Notes: generated by a model not told the origin, from the letters alone. Positions 26,717 to 37,627 are shown, numbered from the stretch's first letter. The stretch: DNA of 64,000 nt from Patescibacteria group bacterium (GCA_041662565.1 JBAZSE010000001.1:193084-257083); one strand, 5' to 3'. Made by a program: numbers and translations.

Positions 26717-27181
26717 ATGAGAGGAAAACAAGCACCAAAAAGAAAAATCGCCCCGGAATCAAGATTCAGGAGCGTTAAGATAGCCAAGTTTATTAATTAC
26801 ATCATGCGTGACGGCAAAAAATCCACCGCCCAAAGGGTTGTTTATCAGGCCTTTGATATTGTGGCCGAAGTAACCAAAACGGATCCTTTGCAAATTTTTG
26901 AAGAGGCCTTAAAGCATGTTTCGCCATCCGTGGAAGTAAAAGGTAAAAGAATCGGTGGCGCTAACTATCAGATTCCTATGGTGGTAGCCGGCGATCGCAA
27001 ACTTTCTTTGGCTTTCCGTTGGCTGATTACTGCCGCCCAAAAGAGAAAAGGCAAACCAATGTCCGAAAAGTTAGCCGGTGAACTTATGTCTGCTGCTAAA
27101 GGTGAAGGTGAAGCAGTTAAAAAGAGAGAAGACACCTATCGCATGGCCGAAGCCAACAAGGCCTTTGCCCATTTTGCATAA
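26717..27181 (+). CDS. rpsG: 30S ribosomal protein S7
   Basis: Conserved S7 blocks; 154 aa. Confidence 0.95.
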   Translation: MRGKQAPKRKIAPESRFRSVKIAKFINYIMRDGKKSTAQRVVYQAFDIVAEVTKTDPLQIFEEALKHVSPSVEVKGKRIGGANYQIPMVVAGDRKLSLAFRWLITAAQKRKGKPMSEKLAGELMSAAKGEGEAVKKREDTYRMAEANKAFAHFA

Positions 27182-27372
27182 GATTGCTCCCGAGGCTAAA
27201 AAAATTTTTCGTCCTCGGCTCCCTCCTTCGTCTCGCCGCACTCTCGCTTCGGCCAGTTAAACTGGCCTTCGCTCGGTACGGCTCGCTCGGGGGACCCGCC
27301 TCGGACAGAGAAAAATTTTACTTACCCTCGCTCGCTTGATTATAAATAAAACTCATTAAAAATAAACTTACT

Positions 27373-29454
27373 ATGGCTCGTAAATATCCATTGGAAAAAT
27401 ATCGCAACATTGGCATTATTGCCCACATTGACGCCGGCAAAACCACCGTTTCCGAACGTATTTTGTTTTACACCGGCAAAAAACATAAAATTGGCGAGGT
27501 GCACGAAGGCGCCGCCGAAATGGACTGGATGGAACAAGAAAAAGAGCGCGGCATTACTATTACTTCAGCCGCTACTACCTGTTTTTGGCAGGATTGCCAA
27601 ATTAACATTATTGATACTCCGGGCCATATTGATTTTACCGTTGAAGTCCAACGCTCTTTAAGGGTGTTGGACGGCGGTGTGGTGGTATTTGACGGCGTGG
27701 CCGGCGTGGAACCACAATCCGAAACAGTTTGGCATCAGGCCGAAAAATTTAAAGTTCCTCGTATTTGTTTTATCAATAAAATGGACCGCATGGGCGCGGA
27801 TTTTTATAAAGATGTGGCCTCCATTCACAATCGCTTAACCAAAGCGGCTTATCCCGTGCAATTGCCAATCGGCGCTGCCGAAACATTTAAAGGCATTGTG
27901 GATTTACTTGGACGTAAGGCCTATTATTACCGCGATGATTTAGGTAAGGATGTGGAAGAAACCGAAGTGCCGGAAGATATGAAAGAGTTGGTGGAAAAAT
28001 ACCGCGAACAGTTGTTTGAGGCCGTGGCTTCAACCGACGAGGTTTTGATGAATAAATTTTTGGAAGGCCAGGAAATTTCCATTGCCGAATTTAAAAAGGC
28101 CGCCAGGCAAGCGGTTATTACCAATCAATTAGTTTTGATTTTTTGCGGCAGTGCTTTAAAAAACAAAGGCGTTCAGTTTTTGTTGGACGCGGTTTGTGAT
28201 TATCTGCCTTCACCCTTGGATATTCCACCCTTGGAATGTTACGAGCCGGGCGATAAAGAGCATAAAATTATTCGCAAGCCCGAAGATACCGAACCGTTTA
28301 CGGCCTTGGCTTTTAAAATTGCCACCGACCCTTACGTGGGTAAATTATGCTTTTTTAGGGTATACGCCGGAACATTAAAAGCCGGTTCCTATATATACAA
28401 TACTTCAACCGGTGAAAAAGAAAGAGTTGGCCGTATTTTAATCATGCACGCCAATCACCGCGAAGAAGTGGACGAAGTTAACTCGGGCGATATTGCCGCC
28501 TTGATCGGCTTAAAGGCCACCTATACCGGCAATACTTTATGTGATGAAGATCATCAGGTTGTTTTGGAATCCATTACTTTCCCCGAGCCGGTTATTTCCA
28601 TTGCCATTGAGCCCAAAACCAAACAAGACCAGGAAAAAATGGGCAATGCCATGCAGAAACTTATGGAAGAAGATCCAACTTTCCGCGTTAAAACCGATGA
28701 AGAAACTTTGCAAACCATTATTTCCGGCATGGGTGAACTTCATTTGGATATTATTGTTGATAGAATGAAGCGTGAATTTAAAGTTGAATGCAATGTGGGT
28801 AAGCCCCAGGTTGCTTATCGCGAAACAATTAGAGGCGAAGCCGAAGCCGAAGGTAAATACATTAGGCAGTCGGGCGGACGCGGACAATACGGCCATTGTT
28901 GGATTAAGATTGAACCTCAAGAAAGAGGCAAGGGCTTTGAATTCGTGGATCAGATTAAAGGCGGTAGCATTCCCAAGGAATTTATCGCTCCGATCCAAAA
29001 AGGTATTAAAGAGGCCTCTGATAACGGCGTGTTGGCCGGTTACCCATTTGTTGATTTTAGAGCCACGGTGTTTGATGGTTCTTACCACGATGTTGACTCT
29101 TCCGAAGCGGCCTTTAAAATTGCCGGTTCTATGGCTTTTCAATCAGCCGCCCGTAAAGCCGGTTTGGTTTTGCTGGAGCCGATGATGAAAATTGAAATTG
29201 TGACTCCGGAAGAATTTATGGGCGATGTGATTGGCGATCTTAGCTCCAAGCGAGGCCAAATCAATGAAATGACCGAGCGCTCTCAAATGAAAGTCATTGA
29301 CGGTTCCGTACCGTTGGCTTCAATGTTTGGCTATGCCACTTCGCTTAGATCCTTAACTCAAGGTAGGGCTTCGTACTCCATGGAATTTGACCATTACGCC
29401 GAAGTGCCTAAAAACGTGGAAGCGGAAATCGTGGAAGCCAGAGGCAAAAAATAA
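27373..29454 (+). CDS. fusA: Elongation factor G
   Basis: [10 protein letters not shown]1 motif, [12 protein letters not shown]; 693 aa. Confidence 0.95.
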   Translation: MARKYPLEKYRNIGIIAHIDAGKTTVSERILFYTGKKHKIGEVHEGAAEMDWMEQEKERGITITSAATTCFWQDCQINIIDTPGHIDFTVEVQRSLRVLDGGVVVFDGVAGVEPQSETVWHQAEKFKVPRICFINKMDRMGADFYKDVASIHNRLTKAAYPVQLPIGAAETFKGIVDLLGRKAYYYRDDLGKDVEETEVPEDMKELVEKYREQLFEAVASTDEVLMNKFLEGQEISIAEFKKAARQAVITNQLVLIFCGSALKNKGVQFLLDAVCDYLPSPLDIPPLECYEPGDKEHKIIRKPEDTEPFTALAFKIATDPYVGKLCFFRVYAGTLKAGSYIYNTSTGEKERVGRILIMHANHREEVDEVNSGDIAALIGLKATYTGNTLCDEDHQVVLESITFPEPVISIAIEPKTKQDQEKMGNAMQKLMEEDPTFRVKTDEETLQTIISGMGELHLDIIVDRMKREFKVECNVGKPQVAYRETIRGEAEAEGKYIRQSGGRGQYGHCWIKIEPQERGKGFEFVDQIKGGSIPKEFIAPIQKGIKEASDNGVLAGYPFVDFRATVFDGSYHDVDSSEAAFKIAGSMAFQSAARKAGLVLLEPMMKIEIVTPEEFMGDVIGDLSSKRGQINEMTERSQMKVIDGSVPLASMFGYATSLRSLTQGRASYSMEFDHYAEVPKNVEAEIVEARGKK

Positions 29455-29483
29455 TAGATAAAGATAACAAATTGAATTTTAGC

Positions 29484-29520
29484 AGGCCGATGCCTTAAGG
29501 CATCGGCCTGTTTGTTTTTT
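29484..29520 (+). terminator. Strong rho-independent terminator after fusA
   Basis: AGGCCGATGCC-TTAA-GGCATCGGCCT plus a T-rich tail. Confidence 0.8.
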
Positions 29521-29547
29521 ATAATGTTTGTGTTATAATATCATTCT

Positions 29548-29940
29548 ATGATAATCCAAAAACATCTGTACTTGATCTCTTTGTTGTTTTTGTTTTCGGT
29601 TATTTTAATGCCTTTGTCATTATCCAACTGTGGCCTTCAGGGTTTTTATATTGCTTTGGGTTGCCCCACACTGCACGCCAATTCGTGCGGAGGTATGAAT
29701 TTGGATCATTTCGGTTTTATGCTGGGCATGCTGACTTTTGGGCTGGCGGCCATTTTTTACTTTTTTTGCCCGCAAATTTTAAGGAAAAAACTTTTTTCTT
29801 TAATAGATTTGATTAAAAAACAATTTTTTATTCAAGCTAAATTTTTTGCCAATCAAGGTAATTTAATCGGCAATCTTAAGCCGTTTGATAATTTATTATT
29901 AGCTTATTCAAGCGGCATAATTCAACCAAAAACTTTTTAA
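29548..29940 (+). CDS. Hypothetical small membrane protein
   Basis: Two to three TM helices; Cys pairs. Confidence 0.3.
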   Translation: MIIQKHLYLISLLFLFSVILMPLSLSNCGLQGFYIALGCPTLHANSCGGMNLDHFGFMLGMLTFGLAAIFYFFCPQILRKKLFSLIDLIKKQFFIQAKFFANQGNLIGNLKPFDNLLLAYSSGIIQPKTF

Positions 29941-30017
29941 ATAAAATTTTCAGGTTTCTTTATCCGCCAAAGCCCTAAGCAAAGGCGGAAATCATTAATC
30001 TTTAATTTTGAACCATT

Positions 30018-30773
30018 ATGTTTGATGAAAAAAAAGACGGCATTTTTGCCAATCAGAATCCCAAAACAACCTTTATCTTTGGTTTAATCGGCGGATTGTT
30101 GGTTGTTTGCACCATTGGTTTTTTTATTTTATTGGCTAATGTTTTAGCCAATAATGATGATAGTGAAAAAGCTCCGGTGGCAAAAGGCAATGCGGTAGTT
30201 AACGATCCCTCTAACAACGCGCCGGTGGCTCCAACCGTAGGCGGAAAAGTGGAAATTAAACTTTCGGGCACCGAATATATCAGAGGCAATAAAAATGCCA
30301 AAGTTAAAATCGTAGAATTTTCCGATTATCAATGTCCTTTCTGTTCCAGATTCCATCCTACTATGCAACAGGTTATGGCCGATTACGGCGATAAAGTTGC
30401 TTGGATTTACAAGCATTTTCCTTTGGATTCTCTCCATCCTAATGCCCGTCCGGCTGCCGAAGCCAGTGAATGCGTTGGCGAACAAAAAGGCAATGACGGT
30501 TTTTGGCAGTTTACCGATGGCCTTTACGGCGAACAAGATAAAATAGGGCCCGATTTTTTTAAAGAATTGGCTCAAAAGATCGGGGTTAATATGTCTGAAT
30601 TCAACAATTGCGTTTCTTCCCGTAAATATCAGCAAAAGGTAGAAGCCGATTATCAAGAGGGCTTATCTTACGGTGTAGATGGTACTCCCGGAAGTTTTGT
30701 TAACGGCGTGCCGGTTAAAGGCGCTTTGCCTTACGCTTCCGTTAAACAGATTATCGATTCTGAACTTAATTAA
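30018..30773 (+). CDS. DsbA-like thioredoxin-fold thiol:disulfide oxidoreductase
   Basis: Signal anchor; CPFC active site in DYQCPFCSRFHP. Confidence 0.7.
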   Translation: MFDEKKDGIFANQNPKTTFIFGLIGGLLVVCTIGFFILLANVLANNDDSEKAPVAKGNAVVNDPSNNAPVAPTVGGKVEIKLSGTEYIRGNKNAKVKIVEFSDYQCPFCSRFHPTMQQVMADYGDKVAWIYKHFPLDSLHPNARPAAEASECVGEQKGNDGFWQFTDGLYGEQDKIGPDFFKELAQKIGVNMSEFNNCVSSRKYQQKVEADYQEGLSYGVDGTPGSFVNGVPVKGALPYASVKQIIDSELN

Positions 30774-30805
30774 ACAACCAAACAAATATAAATTGGATTA
30801 ATTTT

Positions 30806-30890
30806 CGAGCTATGTCGAGCTATTTTGAGCTAAGTCGAGCTAAGCTCGATAAGCTCGATAAGCTCGATAAGCTCGATAAACTCGATTTGG
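30806..30890 (+). repeat. Tandem decamer/nonamer repeats: four copies of TCGAGCTAnn then five copies of CTCGATAAG; the two blocks are mutually reverse-complementary
   Basis: tcgagctatg tcgagctatt ttgagctaag tcgagctaag ctcgataag (x3) ctcgataaa ctcgatttg. Confidence 0.7.
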
Positions 30891-30923
30891 TTCAGTTATT
30901 TTTGTTGTGGTTAAACGATCATT

Positions 30924-32300
30924 ATGCTTAATCAAGAAAATAATCTTTATCAATGTAAAATTTCCGGCATGCACTGCGAGGCCTGTGAAATTTTATTGGA
31001 ACGAAAATTAAAAGAAGCATCGGGCGTTATTTCGGTTAAGGTAAACCATGCCAATGGCAAAGCCAAATTAATTTGCACTTCTGAGCCCGATTGGAAAAAT
31101 CTACAAGCCATTGTGAAGCATGAGGGCTACGATTTAACTTATTCGACTGATGGTCAGGCAAAGCAGGCAAATAATCTTGAAAAAGTTAATCATTGGCAGA
31201 TTGCCGGATTTTTTCTGGTGGTAATTGTTGGGCTTTGGCTGTTAAATAAACTGCAATTATTGCCGGAAGGTTTTGGGGTAAGTAATAACATGAGTTACGG
31301 GTTAATTTTTGGCATTGGTTTGGTAGCGGCCGTTTCCAGTTGTTTGGCAGTCACCGGCGGTTTACTATTGGCATTAGCTGCCAAAGAACAAACGCTTAGG
31401 CCAAACTTAACCGGCTGGCGCAAATTTAGGCCCTATTGGCATTTTAATTTAGGTCGGCTGGTTGGCTATACTGTTTTTGGTGGTTTAATTGGCGCGTTAG
31501 GTTCGGGCTTAAGTTTATCGGTCAGTGTTAGCAATTTAGTTACAATTATCGCCAGCATAGTGATGATTTTATTGGGCTTTAATTTGCTACAGCTTTTTCC
31601 ACAATTAAGGGTTTTGCATCCCAGGATGCCAAAATTTTTAGGCCATAAAATCCATGACTTGGTTCAGCAAGAAAATTCGGTTGGACCGTTTATTTTAGGC
31701 GGTTTGACTTTTTTCCTGCCCTGCGGTTTTACCGTTGCTTTGCAGTTGTATGTTTTATCCCAAGGCGGAATTTTAACCGGTGCCTTAACCATGCTGGTTT
31801 TTGCGCTTGGAACTTTGCCGGCTTTGCTTTTTATCAGCATTTTATCCAGTTTTATCAAAACTTCTTGGCGAAATTATTTTATAAAGTTTGCAGGAGTTTT
31901 GGTGGTGGTTATCGGTTTGCTGGGTTTAAAAAGCGGTTTGGCTTTTTTAAGGGGCACTCAAACGGGATCTGTTAAACAAGGGGTTTCAAGCCAAAATTCC
32001 AGTAGTGTTTATTTGCCTTTGGTTGATGGTAAGCAAATTGCTCAAATGGAAATTAACGGTTTGGGTTATTATCCTTCAATCTTTAAAGTTAAAGCGGGTA
32101 TTCCGGTGGAATGGCAGATTGATGGCACCAAGGCCTCGGGTTGCGCCCAAGTAGTTGTTTCGCGCGGGCTTGGTATTCAGGAAATCATTCCACGAACAGG
32201 TATTAAAACCATTACTTTTACCCCAACTCAAACAGGCAAGATAGCTTTTAGTTGCCCCATGGGTATGACAACTCCGGGCTCGGCTTTTATTGTTGAATAA
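30924..32300 (+). CDS. Heavy-metal-associated (HMA) domain fused to a polytopic permease (TauE/SafE- or CcdA-like) and a C-terminal beta-rich domain
   Basis: GMHCEACE HMA motif; about eight TM helices with Gly-rich helices; C-terminal FSCPMGM. Confidence 0.5.
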   Translation: MLNQENNLYQCKISGMHCEACEILLERKLKEASGVISVKVNHANGKAKLICTSEPDWKNLQAIVKHEGYDLTYSTDGQAKQANNLEKVNHWQIAGFFLVVIVGLWLLNKLQLLPEGFGVSNNMSYGLIFGIGLVAAVSSCLAVTGGLLLALAAKEQTLRPNLTGWRKFRPYWHFNLGRLVGYTVFGGLIGALGSGLSLSVSVSNLVTIIASIVMILLGFNLLQLFPQLRVLHPRMPKFLGHKIHDLVQQENSVGPFILGGLTFFLPCGFTVALQLYVLSQGGILTGALTMLVFALGTLPALLFISILSSFIKTSWRNYFIKFAGVLVVVIGLLGLKSGLAFLRGTQTGSVKQGVSSQNSSSVYLPLVDGKQIAQMEINGLGYYPSIFKVKAGIPVEWQIDGTKASGCAQVVVSRGLGIQEIIPRTGIKTITFTPTQTGKIAFSCPMGMTTPGSAFIVE

Positions 32301-32312
32301 TATTGAACATTA

Positions 32313-32435
32313 GGGGCAGGCAGAATTAAATTATTTTTTCGCTCGCATAACTCGCTTGCCCGACTACGCCTTCGGCTTGTCGGTCTTAGCTCAAACAGAT
32401 CCTCGCTTCAAAAATAATTTAATTCTGCCTGCCCC
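32313..32435 (+). repeat. 26-bp perfect inverted repeat flanking a 70-nt spacer, immediately upstream of copA
   Basis: ggggcaggcagaattaaattatttttt ... aaaaataatttaattctgcctgcccc; spacer contains CCGAC..GTCGG. Confidence 0.7.
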
Positions 32436-32460
32436 CACACTGATATTAATAATTTATTAT

Positions 32461-34635
32461 ATGAAAGAAATAAATTTTAACATAGCCGGCATGCATTGTG
32501 CTTCGTGTTCTACTCGCAATGAAACCAGCTTAAAAAAATTGAGGGGCGTTAAAGAGGCCGTTGTTAATTATGCTTTGGGTACGGCTAGGGTAAACTACGA
32601 TGAACAGTCGGTTTCGGTTAAGGCCATGCATCAGGCAGTAGAAGCCAACGGTTACAAAGTGGTTGATCAAACAGGCGAGGGCCATATGCATCATGATAAT
32701 TCCGTTCAAGAATTACAGCAGGCAAAAAATAAAGCCCTACTTGCTTTAGGCTTGGCTTTACCGGCTTTAATTATGGCCATGTTTAAAATTAATTTTCCTC
32801 TGGAATTTTGGGGATTTAATTTAAGCGTTTGGCTGCAAGCCGGCTTAAGTTTAGCGATTATTTTGGGCTTGGGTTTTGAATTTCATGTTGGCATGCTTAA
32901 GCAACTTAGGCATTTTACCGCTAACATGGATAGTTTGATTTCTATTGGCACGCTTGCTGCCTTGGTTTACAGTTTTTGGGCTATGACAAACGGTTTAGAG
33001 GATTTTTACTTTGAAACCGGCGCGGTGATTACGGCTTTAATTTTGCTAGGTAAATATTTTGAAGCCCGCAGTCGTGGCCAAGCCAGCCAAGCCATTAGTA
33101 AATTAATGCAATTGGGCGCCAAAGAAGCCACAATTTTAATCAACAATCAGCAAAAGCTTGTGCCTATTGATCAGGTTAAAACAGGGGATCGTTTACTGGT
33201 TAAACCGGGTGAAAAAATTCCGGTTGACGGCAGGGTGGTTAAAGGCAAAAGTAATGTTGATGAAGCCATGTTAACCGGAGAAAGTTTGCCGGTTGGTAAA
33301 AAAATCGATGATGAAGTTTTTGGCGCGACCGTAAATATTGACGGTTCATTAGAAATTATCGCCACTAAAGTTGGGGCCGAAACCGTTTTGGCACAAATTG
33401 TTAAATTAGTGGCCGACGCGCAAAATACCAAAGCCCCAATTCAAAAATTAGCCGATAAAATTTCGGGAATTTTTGTGCCGATTGTTATGTTGCTGGCCAC
33501 TATTACGGCGCTGGCTTGGTATTTTTTTACCGGCGATTTAACCAGTGGGTTGATTTCGGCTGTGGCGGTTTTAGTTATTGCTTGCCCTTGCGCGCTGGGC
33601 TTGGCCACGCCAACAGCCATTATGGTGGGTACTGGTTTAGGCGCCAAAAGGGGAATACTTATTAAAAACGGCCAATCATTGGAAAGGGCGGAAAAAATAG
33701 ATGTGATGATCTTTGATAAAACCGGCACGTTAACCCAAGGCAAGCCAAAAGTTACTGATATTATTAATTTGTCCGAAAAATTATCTTTGGATGAAGTGTT
33801 GGCTTTAGCTGCCGGAGCAGAAATTTTATCCGAACATCCTTTGGCCAGGGCCGTGGTTCAAGCGGCTTTGGATAAAAAATTGGTTTTGCCGGAAGTTGAT
33901 GATTTTGAAAATTTAGCCGGCCAAGGAGTTAAGGCCAAAATTAAAAACAGTTTGTTGCTGGTGGGCAGTTTGCGCTTGCTGGAGCAGTTAAATATTCCCA
34001 CTAAGCAATTAGAACAAAAATTAAATCAATTAGCCAATGAAGCCAAAACGGTAATTGTTGTAGCTTACGAAAATCAAGCTGTTGGCTTATTGGCAATTGC
34101 CGATACAATTAAAGCGGAAGCCGTTCAAGCCATTATTCAATTAAAACAATTGGGCGTTAAAACCATCATGATTACCGGTGATAATAGGCAAACCGCCCAA
34201 GCTATTGCCAGCCAATTAAATATAACCGAGGTGTTGGCGGAAATTTTGCCTCAAGGCAAAGCCAGCGAGGTTAAAAAATTACAAAGCCAGGGTTTTAAAG
34301 TGGCTTTTGTAGGCGATGGCATTAATGACGCGCCTGCCTTGGCCCAAGCGGATTTGGGTTTGGCTATGGGAACGGGAACAGATATTGCTATGGAAGCCGG
34401 CAACATTGTTTTGGTTAAAGGCAATCCGGTTAAAGCAGTGGAGTCGCTTAAACTGGCTCAAGCCACTTTGCGGGCGATTAAGCAAAATTTATTTTGGGCT
34501 TTCTTTTATAATGTTGTGGCTTTGCCTTTAGCGGCTTTTGGCTTACTTAATCCTATGATAGCCGCCGCAGCCATGTCATTCAGTTCCGTTTCGGTAGTTC
34601 TTAATTCTTTACGTCTCAAAAAGATTAAATTATAA
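32461..34635 (+). CDS. copA: Copper-translocating P1B-type ATPase
   Basis: N-terminal [11 protein letters not shown]; CPC ([11 protein letters not shown]); DKTGTLT; GDGINDAP; start taken at 32461 because the upstream extension overlaps the IR. Confidence 0.9.
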   Translation: MKEINFNIAGMHCASCSTRNETSLKKLRGVKEAVVNYALGTARVNYDEQSVSVKAMHQAVEANGYKVVDQTGEGHMHHDNSVQELQQAKNKALLALGLALPALIMAMFKINFPLEFWGFNLSVWLQAGLSLAIILGLGFEFHVGMLKQLRHFTANMDSLISIGTLAALVYSFWAMTNGLEDFYFETGAVITALILLGKYFEARSRGQASQAISKLMQLGAKEATILINNQQKLVPIDQVKTGDRLLVKPGEKIPVDGRVVKGKSNVDEAMLTGESLPVGKKIDDEVFGATVNIDGSLEIIATKVGAETVLAQIVKLVADAQNTKAPIQKLADKISGIFVPIVMLLATITALAWYFFTGDLTSGLISAVAVLVIACPCALGLATPTAIMVGTGLGAKRGILIKNGQSLERAEKIDVMIFDKTGTLTQGKPKVTDIINLSEKLSLDEVLALAAGAEILSEHPLARAVVQAALDKKLVLPEVDDFENLAGQGVKAKIKNSLLLVGSLRLLEQLNIPTKQLEQKLNQLANEAKTVIVVAYENQAVGLLAIADTIKAEAVQAIIQLKQLGVKTIMITGDNRQTAQAIASQLNITEVLAEILPQGKASEVKKLQSQGFKVAFVGDGINDAPALAQADLGLAMGTGTDIAMEAGNIVLVKGNPVKAVESLKLAQATLRAIKQNLFWAFFYNVVALPLAAFGLLNPMIAAAAMSFSSVSVVLNSLRLKKIKL

Positions 34636-34639
34636 ACAT

Positions 34640-35206
34640 ATGGATATATTTATCTATTACTTTAAGGAATTTCTTAATTATTTAACGTTAATTGGAACGG
34701 GGATTGCGGTGATATTATTACTGAATATAATTTATCTAAAAGCGACATCCAAAAGTTCTAATTGGCTGGCTCAATTGATTCAAAATAAGGCGCTGTTATG
34801 GGTATTTATTGTTTCTTTAATTGCCACTTTGGGTAGTTTGTTTTATTCCGAAATTGCCGGTTATCAGCCCTGCAAATTATGCTGGTTTCAGCGGATCTTT
34901 ATGTATCCCTTGCCTTTATTAATCTTAATGGCTCTGATTAGAAAAGAAATTTGGATTAAGCCCTATGCTTTAGCAATGTCGGTAATTGGGCAGGTAATCT
35001 CTTTGTACCATTATTTTTTGCAAGTTGGAACATTATACAATATTCCGGTTAATAGTTTGGCTCCTTGTTCGGATGTTGGTGTTAGTATTTCCTGCACTTC
35101 TTTTTCTTTTATCCGCTTTGGCTATATTACGATTCCCATGATGTCGTTTATCGCGTTTTCTTTAATAACCATTATTTTGCTGACAAAAACAGATAAGAGA
35201 AATTAA
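34640..35206 (+). CDS. DsbB/BdbC-family disulfide bond formation protein
   Basis: CKLCWFQRIFMYPL resembles BdbC CxxCWYQRI; four TM helices; second Cys pair near the C-terminus. Confidence 0.7.
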   Translation: MDIFIYYFKEFLNYLTLIGTGIAVILLLNIIYLKATSKSSNWLAQLIQNKALLWVFIVSLIATLGSLFYSEIAGYQPCKLCWFQRIFMYPLPLLILMALIRKEIWIKPYALAMSVIGQVISLYHYFLQVGTLYNIPVNSLAPCSDVGVSISCTSFSFIRFGYITIPMMSFIAFSLITIILLTKTDKRN

Positions 35207-35289
35207 CAAAAGTTTGTACTTGAGTAATTGCGGATTCCGCGGATTTAAGGTCTGTGGAATCCGTTTTGAATTCGTGATATCATAAATAC

Positions 35290-36102
35290 ATGCTTATCAC
35301 CAAGGCCTCGGGCGAGCAGGTTCAATTCAGCCGCCCAAAATACGAAGAATCTTTGCGTAAGGTTGGCTTAACCGTGGCCGAAGCCAAAGAAATTTCCGCC
35401 CAAATTTATCAGGATTTGTATCCTTCTATTAATTCAGCAGAAATTTATTCTAAAACCCAAATTGTTTTAAAGCAAAAAAACCGTATGTTTGCCGCCAAGT
35501 ATTCTCTTAAAAGAGCTATTATGAGCTTGGGGCCAACAGGTTTCTTTTTTGAACGCTATATGGCGGCGGTGTTAAGCGCTTACGGTTATCAAACCAAGTA
35601 CAATCAATTTTTGCGAGGCAAATGCGTGGAGCACGAAGTTGATATTGTGGCCGAACGATCAGGCAAAAAATACATGATTGAATGCAAGTATCATAACCAG
35701 CCCGGCGTTAAATCGGATGTTAAAGTGGCTTTATATATTTACGCGCGTTTTTTGGATTTGCGTGAGGCGCAAAAATTTGATGAGCCGGTGTTGATTACCA
35801 ATACATTATGCACTACCGAGGCCATTAAGTACGCCCGTTGTTCGGGCTTAAAAATTATTGGTTGGCATTATCCTTTGGGCAACCAAAGTTTGGAGCATTA
35901 TATTGAAGCCAAAAAACTTTATCCCGTTACCGTTTTAACTTCTTTAACCGCTTATTTAAACGCCGCTTTTAGAGAAGCCAACATAGTTTTAGCGAGCGAC
36001 TTGTTAAAATTTAGCGTTACGGCTTTAGCCAAGAGGTTTAAAATCAAAGAAACCTTGGCGCAAAAATTAATTTCTGAAGCAAAAGAACTAACGGAAGTTT
36101 AA
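35290..36102 (+). CDS. ATP-cone domain fused to an Mrr-like PD-(D/E)xK restriction-endonuclease-fold domain
   Basis: ATP-cone N-terminus (ITKASGEQVQFSRPKYEESL); HEVDIVAE..MIECKYH PD-ExK motif. Confidence 0.55.
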   Translation: MLITKASGEQVQFSRPKYEESLRKVGLTVAEAKEISAQIYQDLYPSINSAEIYSKTQIVLKQKNRMFAAKYSLKRAIMSLGPTGFFFERYMAAVLSAYGYQTKYNQFLRGKCVEHEVDIVAERSGKKYMIECKYHNQPGVKSDVKVALYIYARFLDLREAQKFDEPVLITNTLCTTEAIKYARCSGLKIIGWHYPLGNQSLEHYIEAKKLYPVTVLTSLTAYLNAAFREANIVLASDLLKFSVTALAKRFKIKETLAQKLISEAKELTEV

Positions 36103-36147
36103 AGTATTGACATAAAAATCAAAAAGTTATAAGCTGGAAAAAATAAT

Positions 36148-36192
36148 AAAACAGGGTCAAATGCCTTTATCAGGCCGGCCCTGTTTTATTTT
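36148..36192 (+). repeat. AAACAGGGTCAA element copy B, preceded by TTGACA-N15-TATAAG
   Basis: aaaacagggtcaaatgcctttatcaggccggccctgttttatttt. Confidence 0.55.
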
Positions 36193-36282
36193 GATTGAAA
36201 TTTCTATTTTTCAACAATCTTGCAATTAACCAAATCATTTGTCATTTAAAGATAAATAATGATTAATTAACATGTCAACTCT

Positions 36283-36774
36283 ATGGAAAATTTAAAGAAT
36301 AATTATGCCTTTATTGACAGTCAGAATTTAAATTTGGGCATAAGAAGCCAGGGATGGCTTTTGGATTTTAGTCGCTTTAGAGTTTATTTAAAAGATAAAT
36401 ATCATATTAGTAAGGCGTTTTTATTTATCGGCTATGTTGCCGGTAATGAAGTCAGATATGCTGATTTACAACAAGCCGGATATATTATTATTTTTAAACC
36501 CACCTTGGAACAAAAAATTGGTAACAAGGTGGTGGTTAAGGGTAATGTTGACGCTGATTTGGTTTTACATACCATGATTCAATATGGTAATTACAGCCAA
36601 GCCGTTATTGTTTCTGGCGATGGGGACTTTTATTGTTTAGTTGAATATTTAACAGAAAAAGAAAAATTATTGAAAATTATTGTACCTAATAAAAAATACT
36701 CCTCTTTATTAAGAAGATTTAGTTATTTTATTGTTAATATTAGTTTATTCCGGAGTAAACTTGAGAGAAAATAA
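36283..36774 (+). CDS. NYN/LabA-like (PIN-fold) domain protein
   Basis: YAFIDSQNL..NVDADLV..VIVSGDGDF conserved acidic residues. Confidence 0.65.
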   Translation: MENLKNNYAFIDSQNLNLGIRSQGWLLDFSRFRVYLKDKYHISKAFLFIGYVAGNEVRYADLQQAGYIIIFKPTLEQKIGNKVVVKGNVDADLVLHTMIQYGNYSQAVIVSGDGDFYCLVEYLTEKEKLLKIIVPNKKYSSLLRRFSYFIVNISLFRSKLERK

Positions 36775-36930
36775 AAGAGAGGCATTCCCTCGGGACAAAA
36801 CCCTTTGGTAGTCCTCTCATCGTGATAAAGTTATTTTACCAAATTGGTTTTATTTGTAAATATTGACATAATTCATAAAAGATGGTATCTTAATATATTA
36901 AGCTATTGTTCATTAAATTTTACCTAATAT

Positions 36931-36979
36931 TAGCCACGGTTTTTAGCTTGTTTAAAAAATAGGTTGAAAACCGCGGCTA
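36931..36979 (+). promoter_or_regulatory. 13-bp near-perfect inverted repeat TAGCCACGGTTTT/AAAACCGCGGCTA upstream of ORF 37046
   Basis: Read directly; one mismatch. Confidence 0.4.
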
Positions 36980-37045
36980 ATGGCAGCTAGCGGCATAAAC
37001 CAGGCATATCCTATAGAGGGTGCGCCACAAATTTAGGAGTACACC

Positions 37046-37627
37046 ATGCAGGTGAATTCTAAAACGTCCGAATTAGATGAAGTATTCGGAAAAGAACTCG
37101 GATTGGTCCACAAGGCCATTGTTAGAGGCCGCAATTTAGGCGCTAACAAGGCATTTTGGACAGCACTCGCCGATGACTCAATTTTTTTCGGCGAAGTTAT
37201 GGATCTTTATAAGAACAGGTCATATTTTGATAACGACCAAAGGAAGTTTGGTTGGAAGCTATTGAAAGACAATAGCGATCTTGCTGAATTTTCGATTGAT
37301 CTTTTTAAGGAGGTTGTACTTCTCCAACAGGGGGAAAGTTCAATCAATGGCCTCGAGATGATTCAGCGAGCTGTAAAACTTAAGGCCAATCTTGGCCAGC
37401 GGCAGGCTGAATGGTTGTTGAAAAACGGAGACAAGATCCCGATCGGGTTGCGCAACAAAATTTTGGTTTTTCCCGAAACCATTTGGCAGGACATCGATGG
37501 TTTCTTCTGGGTAAGTATCATCTACCATAACGGGATGATCTGGAAAATGAATGGTAGATGTCTAAATCAAAATTTCGATGACATCTTTTATCTGGTTCGT
37601 TTGCGCGATCTACCCTTGGCCGCCTAG
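37046..37627 (+). CDS. Hypothetical protein (GC-richer than surroundings)
   Basis: 193 aa; aggag SD. Confidence 0.3.
   Translation: MQVNSKTSELDEVFGKELGLVHKAIVRGRNLGANKAFWTALADDSIFFGEVMDLYKNRSYFDNDQRKFGWKLLKDNSDLAEFSIDLFKEVVLLQQGESSINGLEMIQRAVKLKANLGQRQAEWLLKNGDKIPIGLRNKILVFPETIWQDIDGFFWVSIIYHNGMIWKMNGRCLNQNFDDIFYLVRLRDLPLAA

Noticed and set aside
27181-27372. Protein-coding potential in the GC-rich rpsG-fusA spacer (ORF 27078-27260)
   Set aside because: The ORF overlaps the rpsG end, is Pro/Arg/Ser-rich because of GC-rich hairpins (CCGAGG..CCTCGG, GGCCAGTT-AA-ACTGGCC), and is better explained as a structured intergenic element.
27927-29185. ORFs inside fusA (28537-29142 minus, 28772-29185 plus, 28541-28768 plus)
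   Set aside because: Shadow frames of EF-G with no independent support.
30806-30890. CRISPR array
   Set aside because: The repeats are only 9-10 nt and contiguous with no spacers. No cas genes are present and no 24-48-nt repeat/spacer periodicity occurs anywhere in the window.
32356-32460. N-terminal 35-aa extension of copA from the track ORF start at 32356
   Set aside because: The extension is translated from the 26-bp inverted-repeat element. The HMA domain begins at M32461 ([16 protein letters not shown]), which is the natural start.
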